From the NCBI RefSeq assembly GCF_009914755.1, contig NC_060926.1: a stretch of 64,000 nucleotides of DNA; one strand, written 5' to 3'. The translations under genes were made by a program, and so were the position numbers. The DNA is from the human T2T-CHM13v2.0 reference genome, Homo sapiens. Below are positions 48,452-61,600 of this stretch, one piece after another. The stretch's first letter is position 1. Every line of letters begins with the position of its first letter. The notes beneath the pieces are model-generated. The model did not search any database, was not told the DNA's origin, and was given only the letters and a program-made list of their open reading frames with translations.

Positions 48452-49363
48452 CTTTGTGGTTTTATCTACTTTTGGTCTTTGATGATGGTGATGTACAGAT
48501 GGGTTTTTGGTGTAGATGTCCTTTCTGGTTGTTAGTTTTCCTTCTAACAGACAGGACCCTCAGCTGCAGGTCTGTTGGAATACCCTGCCGTGTGAGGTGT
48601 CAGTGTGCCCCTGCTGGGGGGTGCCTCCCAGTTAGGCTGCTCGGGGGTCAGGGGTCAGGGACCCACTTGAGGAGGCAGTCTGCCCGTTCTCAGATCTCCA
48701 GCTGCGTGCTGGGAGAACCACTGCTCTCTTCAAAGCTGTCAGACAGGGACACTTAAGTCTGCAGAGGTTACTGCTGTCTTTTTGTTTGTCTGTGCCCTGC
48801 CCCCAGAGGTGGAGCCTACAGAGGCAGGCAGGCCTCCTTGAGCTGTGGTGGGCTCCACCCAGTTCGAGCTTCCCGGCTGCTTTGTTTACCTAAGCAAGCC
48901 TGGGCAATGGCGGGCGCCCCTCCCCCAGCCTCGTTGCCGCCTTGCAGTTTGATCTCAGACTGCTGTGCTAGCAATCAGCGAGATTCCGTGGGCGTAGGAC
49001 CCTCTGAGCCAGGTGTGGGATATAGTCTCGTGGTGCGCCGTTTCTTAAGCCGGTCTGAAAAGCGCAATATTCGGGTGGGAGTGACCCGATTTTCCAGGTG
49101 CGTCCGTCACCCCTTTCTTTGACTCGGAAAGGGAACTCCCTGACCCCTTGCGCTTCCCAGGTGAGGCAATGCCTCGCCCTGCTTCGGCTCGCGCACGGTG
49201 CGCACACACACTGGCCTGCGCCCACTGTCTGGCACTCCCTAGTGAGATGAACCCGGTACCTCAGATGGAAATGCAGAAATCACCTGTCTTCTGCGTCACT
49301 CACGCTGGGAGCTGTAGACCGGAGCTGTTCCTATTCGGCCATCTTGGCTCCTCCCTCTCCCCC
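48452..49363 (-). promoter_or_regulatory. L1 5' UTR: CpG-rich internal sense promoter (minus) and antisense promoter (plus); YY1 site at 49337-49345
   Basis: About 910 bp upstream of the ORF1 ATG; AAGATGGCC intact; many retained CpGs. Confidence 0.9.
48907..49122 (+). CDS. LINE-1 ORF0 (antisense ORF), 71 aa
   Basis: gcaATGGcg start; MAGAPPPASLPPCSLISDCC...RCVRHPFL*; donor-like cag|gtgtgg at 49012 and cag|gtgcgt at 49097. Confidence 0.85.
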   Translation: MAGAPPPASLPPCSLISDCCASNQRDSVGVGPSEPGVGYSLVVRRFLSRSEKRNIRVGVTRFSRCVRHPFL

Positions 49364-52300
49364 GAAAATTCATCATTAATTAACCAGTAAGCATTAAGTT
49401 AACTGTGGAGGGGGATTAATAGACACCTGTTATCAGAGTAAGTTCTCTTCTATTTCTAATTTAAGAATTTTTACATTAATGGATTGTATATTACATCAAA
49501 TGCTTTATCAGAATCTAATACAGTAATCAAATCATTTTTATTTTTTATTTTGTTAATGTAGTAAACAAATTAACTTTTTTATTAATTTTAAAATGTTGAA
49601 CTACCCTTTCATTCCTGAGATAAACCCAACTTGATCATCATGTAGTAGTTTTTAATATATTCCTGGATCCTATCGCTAATATTTTTGTTGAAGATTGATG
49701 TATCTTTGTTCATGAATAATATTGGTCTACCATTATCTCTGCTTGGTAATGCCCTTAACATGTTTTGATACTAAGCTTATACTGGCTTCATAAAATGAGA
49801 TGTGATGTATTTCCCTGTATCTTTTCAAAGAGTTCACATAGGTTTGGTGTTATCTCCTCATTAAATATTTGATAGGACTTGTGTGTAAAACCATCTAAAC
49901 TTATAGTTTATTTGTGGTAAGGTTTTTAAACAATAAACTCAATTTCTCTAGCAGATATTAAGCCATTTGACTATTTCTTCTGAAATCACTTTTAGTGATT
50001 TGCGTATTTCAATACCTTTTTCTATTTTGTCTAAGTTGGCAAATTTATTGGCATGAGGCTGTTCATAATACCATCTTATTATACTTTTATGTCCTTTACA
50101 ATCTCTAGTATGTAATAATTGTGTTTCGTCTTTCATTTCAATTTTAGTTGAAATGTAGTAATTGTACATATTTATGGATATTTGTATACAATGTGTAATA
50201 ATCAAATTAGGGTAATTAGCATATCCATCAACTCAAACATTTAGCATTTCTTTGTGTTGAGAACATTCAAAAACCTCTTTTCACTATTTTGAAATATACA
50301 ACAACTATGGTTAACCACAGTCACCTTGCTGTGCTATAGAAAACTGAGCTTGTTTCTCCTATCTAACTGTAATCTTGTACCCATTAACCAACCTCTCCTT
50401 ATTTCCCCCTCCCCACTACACTTCCCAGTATCTGGTAACCATTATTTTACTCTCTACTTGTATGTGATTTACATTTTTAGCTCCCACATATGAGTAAAAA
50501 CAGGTAGTATTTGTCTTTCTGTGCCTAGGTTCACTTAACATAATGTCTTCCAGGCTCATTTATGTTGCCCCAAATAATAGGATTTCTTTTTTATGGCTAA
50601 ATAGTATTCTATTATGTACCTATACCGCATTTTCTTTATCTGTTTATCCATTGATGAACACTTAAGTTGATTCTGTATCTTGACTATTGTGAATAGTGTT
50701 GCAATAAACATGAGAATGGAGATATTGCTTTGACATACTGATTTCCTTTCCTTTGGATATGTTCCAAGTAGTGGATTGCTAAATTACATGGTATTTCTAT
50801 TTTTAGGTATTTTAAATTTTATTTTTAACTGACAAATAATAATTGTACATATTCATGGGATACATAGGGATGTTTTGATATGTGTGGCGTAAAGGGATCA
50901 GGTCAGGTTCAGTAGCAAATCCATCATCTCAAACATTTATCATTTCTTTTCATAATGGCAGTACTAATTTACATTCCCACCAATAGTGTATGAGTCCCTT
51001 TTTGTCTAAATCATTGCCAGCATTTGTTATTTTTATATCTCAATGTGATTTTGATTCACATTTCTCTGATAATTAGTGAAGCTCAGTATTTTTTCATATA
51101 CATACTGGACATTTGTATCTATTCAGATTATTTGCCCATTTTTAATTAGAATTTTTTGCTTTTTTGTTGTTGGGTTGTTTGAGTTTCTTATGTATTCTGG
51201 AGGTTAATCACTTTTAGGTGGATAATTTGAAAATATTTTCTCCCATTTAGATTGTCTCTTCATTCTGTTTTTTCCTTTGCTGTGCAGAAGGTTTTTAGTT
51301 TGATATAATCCTGTTTGCCTATTTTTGCTTTCATTTCCTATGCCTTTGAGGTATTATCCAAAAATTCTTTGCCCAAATCAATATTCTGAAGTATTTCTCC
51401 TATGTTCTTTTCTAGAAGCTTCATAGGTTTCAGCCTTACATTTAAGTCTTAAGTCCATTTTGAATTGATTTTTTTATATGGTGAGAGATATGGGTCTAGT
51501 TTTGTTCTTCTTTATGTGTATATCCAGTTTTCCCATCACTATTTATTGAAGAGACTGTCCTTTCCCCACTTTACATTCCTGATGCCTTGGTTGAAATCAG
51601 TTGGCTATAAATATGTGAATTTATTTCTGGGTTATCTATTCTGTTCCATTGGTCTGTGTGTATGTTTTTATGCCAGTACTATGCGGTTTTGGTTACTATA
51701 GCTTTGTAGTATATTTTGAAGTCAGGTAAAGTGATATTTCCAACTTTGCTTTTCTGCTCAAAATTGCTTTGGTCATTTGGAGTCTTTTGTGGTTCCATAT
51801 AAATCTTAAGGTTTTTTTCTCTGTTTCTGTGAAGAATGTCTTTGGTATTTTTATAACAATTGCATTGAATCAGTAGATCCCTATGGATATTATAAAAATA
51901 TTCTTCTAATCCATGAACATGGGATATCTTTGCATTTTTTGCTCTTTTTGATAATTTTTATAAGTGTTTTATAGTTTTCATTGTAGAGGTCTTTAACCTA
52001 TTTGGTAAAATTTATTTCCAGGATTTTATTATTTTTTAGCTATCATAAATGGGATTTCTTTTTCAGATTGTTAGCTATTGGCATAGAGAAGTGCCACTGG
52101 TTTTGCATGTTGATTTTATATCCTGTGTCTTTACTGAATTCATTTATCAGTTCTAAGTTTTTTTAGTGGAGTCATTAGGTTTTGCTACATATAAGATTTT
52201 GCAGTAGACTCCCAGGATGACATTGAATAAAAGTGGTAAAAGTGGGCATTCCTATCTTGTTTTAGATATTAGTGGAAAGTTTTTCAACTTTTTCCCATTC

Positions 52301-53059
52301 AGTATGAAAATATTGTCATGTTAGCTGTAGGTTTGTCATATAAGGCCATTATTGTTTTGAGATATATTGCTTTGATACTTAATTTGTTGAGAGTTTCTAT
52401 CATGAAAGAATATTGAATTTTATCAAATGCTTTCTCTGCATTTATTAAGATGATTATATGGTTTTTGTCCTTAATTCTGTTTATATGATGTATCATGTTT
52501 ATTGAATTGTATTTGTTGAACCATCCTTACATCTCTGGGATAAATCCGACTTAATCATGGTATATAATCTTTCTGATGTTCTATTGAATTTGGTTTCCTA
52601 GTATTTTGTTGAGGACTTTTGCATGTATGTTTATTAGGGATATTGGTCTGTAGTTTTCTCTTTTTATTGTGTTTTTGTCTAATTTTGGTGTCAGGGTATA
52701 CTGGCCTCATAGAATGAGTTTTAAAGAATCCTCTTTAATTGTCTGAAATTATTACAGAAGAATCAGTATTAGTTCTTCTTTAAAAGTTTGGTATAATTCA
52801 ACAGTGAAGCCATCCAGTCTTGGACTTCTATTTGTTGGGAAATATTTCATTACTGATTCAATAACCTTACTCATTATTCATCTGTTTAAGTTTTCTATTT
52901 CTTCATGGTTCAGTCTTAGTAGGTTGTATGTATGCAAGAACTTGTCCATTTCTTCCAAGTTTTCTGATTTGTTGACATATAGCTGTTCATAATAGACTCT
53001 CGTGATCCTTTGTATTTTTGTGGAATCAGTTGTAATGTTTCCTTTTTCATCTCTGATTG

Positions 53060-53420
53060 TATTTATTTTATTATTTTATTTTATATGTTGTTTTATTTTA
53101 ATCTGATTAAAATTATTTTAATTATTTAAATTTTATTTTAATCTGATTTAATTATTTATTTTCCCTTTATTTTCTTAATCTAGTTAATGGTATTTTTATT
53201 TTTGCTTATCTTATCAAAAACCAACTTTTGTTTTTGTTATTTTTATAAATTATTTTATTTTAATCTGATTAAAATTATTTTAATTATTTAAATTTTATTT
53301 TAATTATTTAAATTTATTTTATTTTAATCTGATTTTATTATTTTATTTTCCCTTTTTTTCTTAACCTAGCTAATGGTATTTTTATTTTTGTCTATCTTGT
53401 CAAAACCAACCTTTGTTAAT
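53060..53420. repeat. AT-rich local tandem duplication inside the L1MA
   Basis: ttttaatctgattaaaattatttttaattatttaaatttt...ttccc..ttcttaa..tag.taatggtatttttatttttg..tatctt.tcaaaaccaac present twice. Confidence 0.85.
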
Positions 53421-53518
53421 ATTTTCTATTTTTTAGTCTCATTTTCATTTGTTTCTGTTCTGATCTTTATTCCCTTCTATTAATTAATTTTTATTCTTTT
53501 TTTTTCCTGCTTTTCTAG

Positions 53519-53873
<355 letters not shown>

Positions 53874-56136
53874 TGATGTAAGCATTTATTGCTATAAAAT
53901 TCCTTCTTAGTAATGCTGTTGCTTTATCTCATAGGTTTGGATATGTTGTGTTTTCATTTTCATTTGTTTCAAGACATTTTAAAATTTGCTTCTTAATTTC
54001 TTCATTTACCCATTGATCACTAAGGAGCATGCTATTTTATTTCTGTGCATTTTTAGAGTTTTCAAAGTTCCTCTTGTTATTTATTTTTAGTTTTATTCCA
54101 TTGTCATCACAAAAAATATTTAACAGAATTTTGACTTTTAAAAATTTGTCAAGATTTGTTTTATGACCTAACATATGGGTCAATCCTGGAGAATGTTCTG
54201 TGTGCTGTTGGGAAGAATATGTATTCTGCAGCTGTTGGATGAAAAGTTCAGCAAATGTCAGGCCAATTTGGTCTAGAGTCTAGTTTAACTTCAACATTTC
54301 TTTGTTGCTTTTCTGTCTGGACTATCTGTCCATTGAGGAAAACAAGATTTGAAGTCTTCTACTACTATATTATTGTTGTCAATCTCTCTCTTTAGATCTA
54401 TTAATATTTGTTTTATTTATTTAGTTGCCCTCATATTGAGTGCATATGTATTTACAATTGGTATATCCCTCTGCTAAATTGACTCTGTCATTATAAAATG
54501 ACCTTCTTTGCCTCTTTTTTATAGTTTTTCTTTTTTACTCAAAGTCTATTTTATCTGATATAAAAATAGTTACTCTTGCTCTCTTTTGGTTTCCATTTGG
54601 ATGGAATTTCTTTTTCCATCCCTTTATTTTCAGTCTGTGTGTGTCCTTATAGGTAAGATGAGTCTCCGGTAGGCAGAATATAGTTGGGTGGTGTTGTAGT
54701 TTAAATCTATTCACCCACTCTATGTCATTTAATTGGAGAATTAAATTCATTTAGAATTAAGGTTATTGATAAGTAAGAACTTGCTGCTGCCATTTTGTTA
54801 ATTGTTTTCTGTTTGTTTTGTAGATTTTTTGTTCCTTTCTTGTCTTACTTTCTTCCTTGTGGTTTTATGGCTTTCTACAATGGTATGATTTTTTTCTTTT
54901 CATCTTTTGTGTATCTGTTACAGGCTGTTGTTTTGTGTTTACTCTTAGGCTTAAAAAACATCTTATATTTATGACAGGTAAATTTAAGCTGATAATAGCT
55001 TAATTTTGATCACATATACAAACTCTCCACTTTTACTCTTCCCCTTCCCATGTTTTGTTTTTGATGTTACACTTTATATATTTTTATGATAAAGATCTCT
55101 TAGGAAATTATTGTAGCTTTCATTGTTTTTAATAGTTTTGCCTTTCACCTTTATACTGTAAATATATATGTTTTATCCACTGCCATTACACTATTAGACT
55201 GTTTGAATTTGACAGTGTACTTACTTTTACCAGTGCATTTTATACTTTCATATGTTTTTATGATACAAATCAGTGTCTTCTTCCTTCAGCTTAAAGTACT
55301 TTTAACATTTTTTGTAATGCAGATATAGTGGTGATAAATTCTCTCAGCTTTTTTTCTGTCTGAGAAAGCCTTTATTACTCCTGCATTTTTGAAAGAGAGA
55401 ATTGGTGAGTTTAATACTCTGGGTTGGCAATTTTTTCAGGGTTTTGAATATATCATTCTGCTCCCTTCTGACTTGCAAGCTTTCTGCGAGAAGTTCATTG
55501 ATAGTCATGTGGGGGTTCCTGTATTTGGGATGAATCACTTTTGTCTTGCTGCTTTCAACACTCTTTGTCTCTAACTTTTGACGATTTGACTATGATGCAT
55601 CATGTTCTAAGTGTCTTTGGATTTATTCTGTTTAGTATCTCCTGTACTTCCTGGATATGTCTTTCTAATTTCCTCTCCAAATTTAGAAAGCTTTCTGCTA
55701 TTTTTTTAATGTGTTTTCTGCTCCTTTCTTTCTTTTCTCCTCCTTCAGTGTACCAATAATGCATATGTTGTTCTGCTGACAGTGTCCCTTAAGTCTCTTA
55801 AGCTATCTTTACTTTTAAAATTCTTTTTGCTTCTCAGATTGAATGCTTTCTAGTGATCTGTCGTCAAGTCCACTGATCCTTTTCTCTGCCTGATCTATTC
55901 TCTTGTTGAATTACTCTAGCGGATTTTTCAATTCAGTGTTAGCATTCTTCAGATCTATGATTTACATTTGGCACTTTTTAAAATACTTTCCAACTCTTTG
56001 TTGAAGTTCTCAGCTGGTTCTTGTATTGCTGTCTTGACCTCTATGAGCACGTTGATGACTATCATATTGAATTCACTGGTGGGTAAATCACAAAACTTCA
56101 CTTCATTTGGGTTTCTGCAGATTTATTTTGTTCTTT

Positions 56137-56227
56137 CCTTTAAATTGACATATAAAATGTTATATATTTATGAGGGTACATGTGACTTTTTTACATGCAT
56201 AAAATGTGTAATGATCAAGTCAGGGTA
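56137..56227 (-). mobile_element. About 90-bp extremely 5'-truncated L1 3' end with 10-bp TSD
   Basis: taaattgacatataaaat..tatatatttatg..gtacatgtg..tgtaatgatcaagtcagggta; TSD tttgttcttt at 56127-56136 and 56228-56237. Confidence 0.7.
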
Positions 56228-57484
56228 TTTGTTCTTTATTTGGAATATATTTTCCTGTTTCTCCATTTTCTTTTACCCTCTATGCTGGTTTCTGCACATT
56301 AGGTAAGACAACTTTCTCTATAGCTCTCCCACACTGGCCTTGTGTGGCAGAAGGTTTTCACTAATTTGTCTTACCAGGGATTTTAAGGTGCCCCTGGAAC
56401 TTAGAATGTGCCATGTCTTGGCAGTACACCAATATTAGTGTGATAGGAGCCTGGCTTCTTAGATGTAGCTAGAAAGTTTGGGGTGTTTGAGGTATGTTCT
56501 AGTTCTTGCTATCTTCATCGTGGTGCTACATGCAGGTGTTGTCTTCCACTCTCTCTGCACTAAGCTGAAGAGAGGATCTTGGCAAATCCCTATACTCATA
56601 TTCAGGCTGCACCTTCTGATTCTGGAGGAATAGCTGCTGGCTGCAGGCCTGTTATGTGTCTGCCTGATTATTTTCTACGGCCATGGGTCACTCAGGATTG
56701 CAAAAGCCCTTTGACTTTCAGAGCTAGGTTAAGAAGAGAGTCCCTTAGGTGGTAGTTATGAAAGTTGTGGTGCTTGGTGCATGACCCAGTTCTTTCCAGA
56801 AAGAATGGATAGCCCTGGATTTGTCTCTCGGACAAGCTTGGGTGGGTCTAATGAAGTGCCAAGCCCTGGCTCTGGCTAATGAAGCGCTATTGTTTTTTGA
56901 CCCATTAGCTCCCTCATGCAAGTTAATTAGAAACCAGGCTATCAAATAGCCACTGGGGGTGTGTGTGTCTCAAGCCCCTTTTGGAGAGAAAGTGAGAGCT
57001 GCATGTTCTTATCCCTTTTTGGCACCTTTCCAAGGGGATGTAGTTCCTGGAAATGTTTGGACAACTGTTTAAGGCCACCTCTTTGCTCAGTGATCAAGGG
57101 AGGCTCACATATGCCTAGTCCCTTTTGTTCCCAAAGCTACTATATTTAAAATGGAGTCCTTTGGGAGGTGGCGGGTAGCTTTAAATACTGGGGCTCTTAA
57201 TATGTGTCCTAAACTTCTGGCGTTAAAAAGGTAGTTGCATTTTTTAAGCCCTTTCTCTGCACTGCTCCAGAGGGATGAAGTCCTTGGAGGTGCAGAAAAA
57301 TGTGTATGTCACTCCCTTTTCCTCCTAGAGCTAGGAGACTTAGGATTCAGTCCTTTGGATAGGCATTGTAAGAGTTAGGGTGTATGGTGTGAGTGCAAAC
57401 TCCTCCCAGACTGTTGGTGGGTTAATAATTAACTGTCTCTTTAACCCTCCAATGCAAGTTAGTAGCCTAGTTTTAAAACACTGG

Positions 57485-58610
57485 TATTTCTCCTAATGCT
57501 ATCCCTCCCCACTCCCCCAACCACACAACAGGCCCCAGTGTGTGATGTTCCCCACCCTGTGTCCAAGTGTTCTCATTGTTCAATTCCCACCTATGAGTGA
57601 GAACATGCGGTGTTTGGTTTTCTGTCCTTGCGATAGTTTGCTGAAAATGATGATTTCCAGCTTCATCCATGTCCCTACAGAGGACATGAACTCATACTTT
57701 TTTGTGGCTGCATAGTATTCCATGGTGTATATATGCCACATTTTCTTAATCCAGTCTGTCATTGATGGACATTTGGGTTGGTTCCAAGTCTTTGCTATTG
57801 TGAATAGCACCGCAATAAACATACGTGTGCATGTGTCTTTATAGTAGTATGATTTATAATCCTTTGGGTATATACCCAGTAATGGGATCGCCAGGTCAAA
57901 TGGTATTTCTAGTTCTAGATCCTTGGGGAATCACCCCACTGTCTTTCACAATGGTTGAAATGGTTTACAGTCCCACCAACAGTGTAAAAGCGTTCCTATT
58001 TCTCCACATCCTCTCCAGGACCTGTTGTTTCCTGACTTTTTAATGATGGCCATTCTAACTGGTGTGGCGTGGTATCTCATTGCGGTTTTGATTTGCGTTT
58101 CTCTGATGGCCAGTGATGATGAGCATTTTTTCATGTGTCTGTTGTCTTCATAAATGTCTTCTTTTGAGAAGTGTCTGTTCATATCCTTTGCCCACTTTTT
58201 GATGGGGTTGTTTTTTTTCTTGTAAATTTGTTTAAGTTCTTTGTAGATTCTGGATATTAGCCCTTTGTCAGATGAGTAGATTGAAAAAAATGTTCTCCCA
58301 TTCTGTAGGTTGCCTGTTCACTCTGATGGTAGTTTCTTTTGCTATGCAGAAGCTCTTTAGTTTAATTAGATCCCATTTATCAATTATGGCTTTTGTTGCC
58401 ATTGCTTTCAGTGTTTTAGTCATGAAGTCCTTGCCCATGCCTATGTCCTGACCTAATGTAAATGATGAGTTAATGGGTGCAACACACCAACATGGCACAT
58501 TTATACATATGTAACAAACCTGCACGTTGTGCACATGTACCCCAGAACTTAAAGTATAATTAAAAAAAAAAAGTGAGTTATGCCTGAAAAAACCAAAAAC
58601 AAAAAAACAA
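57485..58610 (+). mobile_element. 5'-inverted (twin-primed) L1PA4-6-like element with short putative 3' transduction
   Basis: TSD aaaacactgg at 57475-57484 and 58611-58620 at a tt|aaaa site; inverted segment 57485-58450; sense 3' end 58451-58572; 14 unique nt; second A-rich tail. Confidence 0.92.
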
Positions 58611-61600
58611 AAAACACTGGATGAGTGTTCTCTAAGCCCCTTGGAGAAAGAAGCAGAGAGCTGTGTTTCTTTAAGCACCTTCTCTGCATACTCCCAGAGG
58701 GAGAAACTCACTGGAAATGTTTGTACATCTGTATAAAACCACCACTTTTTTCTTATGGTTTAAAGAGACAACACTTTTGTCTAATCTGTGCTCCAGTAAT
58801 TTAATTAGTGAATTAAGAGTCAACCCATGGGATAGGGTTAGGGTCCTACACGTGAGGTCTAGACCCTCTTCCCCACCGGGATTCCTTTTCCAATTATATG
58901 CTGCAGTGCCTGGGTGGGGTCCATACCCAAGTTTTCCTTGGCTTTTCCTACCTATTTGATATGGATGTTTTCTCAATTGCCTAGTGGGTAGGAGTCTCTG
59001 AATTGGTCTATGACTTCCTCTTGGAGGGAACTGATTCATGAATAGATTTGTATTTGGTGTATCTGTGGGTGGAAGAAAAGTTAGGAGTTCCTGTTCTGCT
59101 ACATTGATGATGTCACTTCCACTTTCATTTTCTTTTCTTGATTAATCTTGCTAAGGGTTTCTCAATTGTATTAATCTCTTCAAAAAACCAATTTTTGCTT
59201 TGTTGACTTTGCCTATTGTTGGAATGTTTTCTCTTTTAGTTCATTTCTTCTTTTATTCCCACTATTTCCTTCCTTAATTTAAGGTTAAGTTGTGCTTCTA
59301 TTTGAGAACTTAAGATGAAAGTTTAGACCTTTTAGTCTTCTTTTCTAATACAAGCGCTTAATTTTCCTCTAAGGACTGTTTTACCCACATCCCACAAATT
59401 TTCCATTATCATGCAGTTCAAAATGTTGTCTATTTTCTTTGTTATTTTTCCTTTGAACTATATCTTTTTAAGGAATGTGTTACTTTATTTTGAAATATTT
59501 AGAGATTTTCTAGATATTTTGTCATTAATTTCTATTTAATTTTGTTAACTTCATAGAACATACTCTAAATATTTCAATATTTTATAATTTATTGAGGCTC
59601 TTTTAATGGTTTATCAGATGATCAATCTTGGTGCAATGTCCATGTTCACTTGAAAATAATGCATATTTTGCATTTATTGGGTGTTTCCTTCTATAAATAT
59701 CAATTAGTTCATGTTGGATATTGTTGTTCAAATTTTTTATATCTTTTTTGTCTTCTTGTTCTATCAATTACTGAAGGATGTTAACATTTTAAATTATGAT
59801 TAGAGATTTTTCTATTTATTTCTGCCAATTTTATTCATTTATTTTGTAGGTCTGTTATTAAATACATACACGTTTCAGATTATTATGTTTTCTTGAAGAA
59901 CTGACCCTTTTATCATTATAAAATATCCATTGTTATCTCTATTAATGTTCTTTGTCGTGAAGTCTACTTTCTCTGACATTAATATAGCTAAAGCAATTTT
60001 CTTATGCTTACTGATGACATCATATATCTTTTTACTTATCCTTGTACTTTTAAACTTTCTCTGTCTTTATATTTAAATTAATCATGAATATCATATAGTT
60101 GGTTCTTTCCTTTTTGCCCTGTGTGATTATCTCTGGCTTTTAATGGAAGGGTATAGTTGATATACTGTTAATGTAATTATGGATGAGTTTAAGTGTATGT
60201 TTTATTGGTCTCATGGATATGTTGTTTTGTTTTTCCCTTTTTGCCTTCTTTAGGGCTGCATACTTTTGAGCACATTTGAGCACTGCATATTATCTCCTGT
60301 ATTGGATTTCCCTATTTTTAAGGGATTACACTGAGAATCATGATATGTATCCTTATCTTAGTCTACTTGAATTAACTTCAATTCTACTTGAATGTTAATC
60401 CAACATAATTTGGAATTCGACTTGATATAATATTACAAGAACACACATACACATACACACACACACCAGTATGTTTTAACAGTATAATTCATTTTACCCC
60501 TTCTCCTATCTTTTGTGCTATTAATTCATACATTCACTGGACATAGAATTTTTGATTGGCCATCTTTTTTTCAGCACTTTGAAAACATAATTCAACTGTT
60601 TTCTGATTGCCATTGTTTCTGATGAGAATTCAGCCATAATTTTACGCTTTCCTCTCTACTTAATGTCTTTTTTTCTGCCTCCTCTTAAGAATTTATCTTT
60701 ACCATTAATTTTCAGCAGTTTACTATGGTGTGTTCACTTATCTTTCTCTTGTTGTTTTATCCTGCTTGAGTTTCACTGAGATTCTTGGATTTGTATCTCG
60801 ATGTTTTTACCCAAATTGAAGAAAAATTTTAGCTATTCCTTCAAATATTCTTCTGCATTTTTTTTTCTCTTCTTGTTCTTCTGTGACTTTAATCACATAA
60901 ATGTTAAACTGCCTGATACTGCCCCACAGATCACTGAAGGGCTGTTTATATATATATGCATTTTATACAGCAGGAGGCATAACAGTGGGATATATCTGTC
61001 ATCACAGAGCTCAAGTTGTGACCTTTCCCTTAGCTATAGCAACCTAAATTTAATTTATACCTCAAAGTTTACTATAACTTTTCTATCTCTTTCATGAAGC
61101 TGGTCCCTAATTCTTCTAGTCAAAATGGGTCATTTCCTCCTGTACATAACAGTTGAATTGTGTTGTTTTTTTTTTAAATAATATGACACTTCCTATTATG
61201 TCCAGTGTTTTATTTTTATTTATTTTTTGCTAGGATTTTTGTTGGTTGGTTGATTGATAGTGTTCACTTTCATTTTATAGTTCCAGCACCTGGAACTCAT
61301 GTTACCTTCCAGTTCTGCCTTATTGTTGGGCATCTTCCAAACTCTACTTCTCTGTAGAGTTGTACAGGCAGCAAATTCTTGTCCCCAAGGAACACTTGCC
61401 ATTATATACCAGGCCCTTCAGAATGTGGCAAATCCTCCCTGGGAAGCCTCACAAGTGGCTCTTCTGTTTCTTGAGCTCCGGATTAACATGGTCCCCTGCA
61501 TTCATTTCTGGCAATAACAAGGCTTGTGGAAAATAACAATGGCAAGGATATCAGGGGAAGAATGAGGGCTGAAATGACCAGTTGAAGTAGCATGGAGAAC

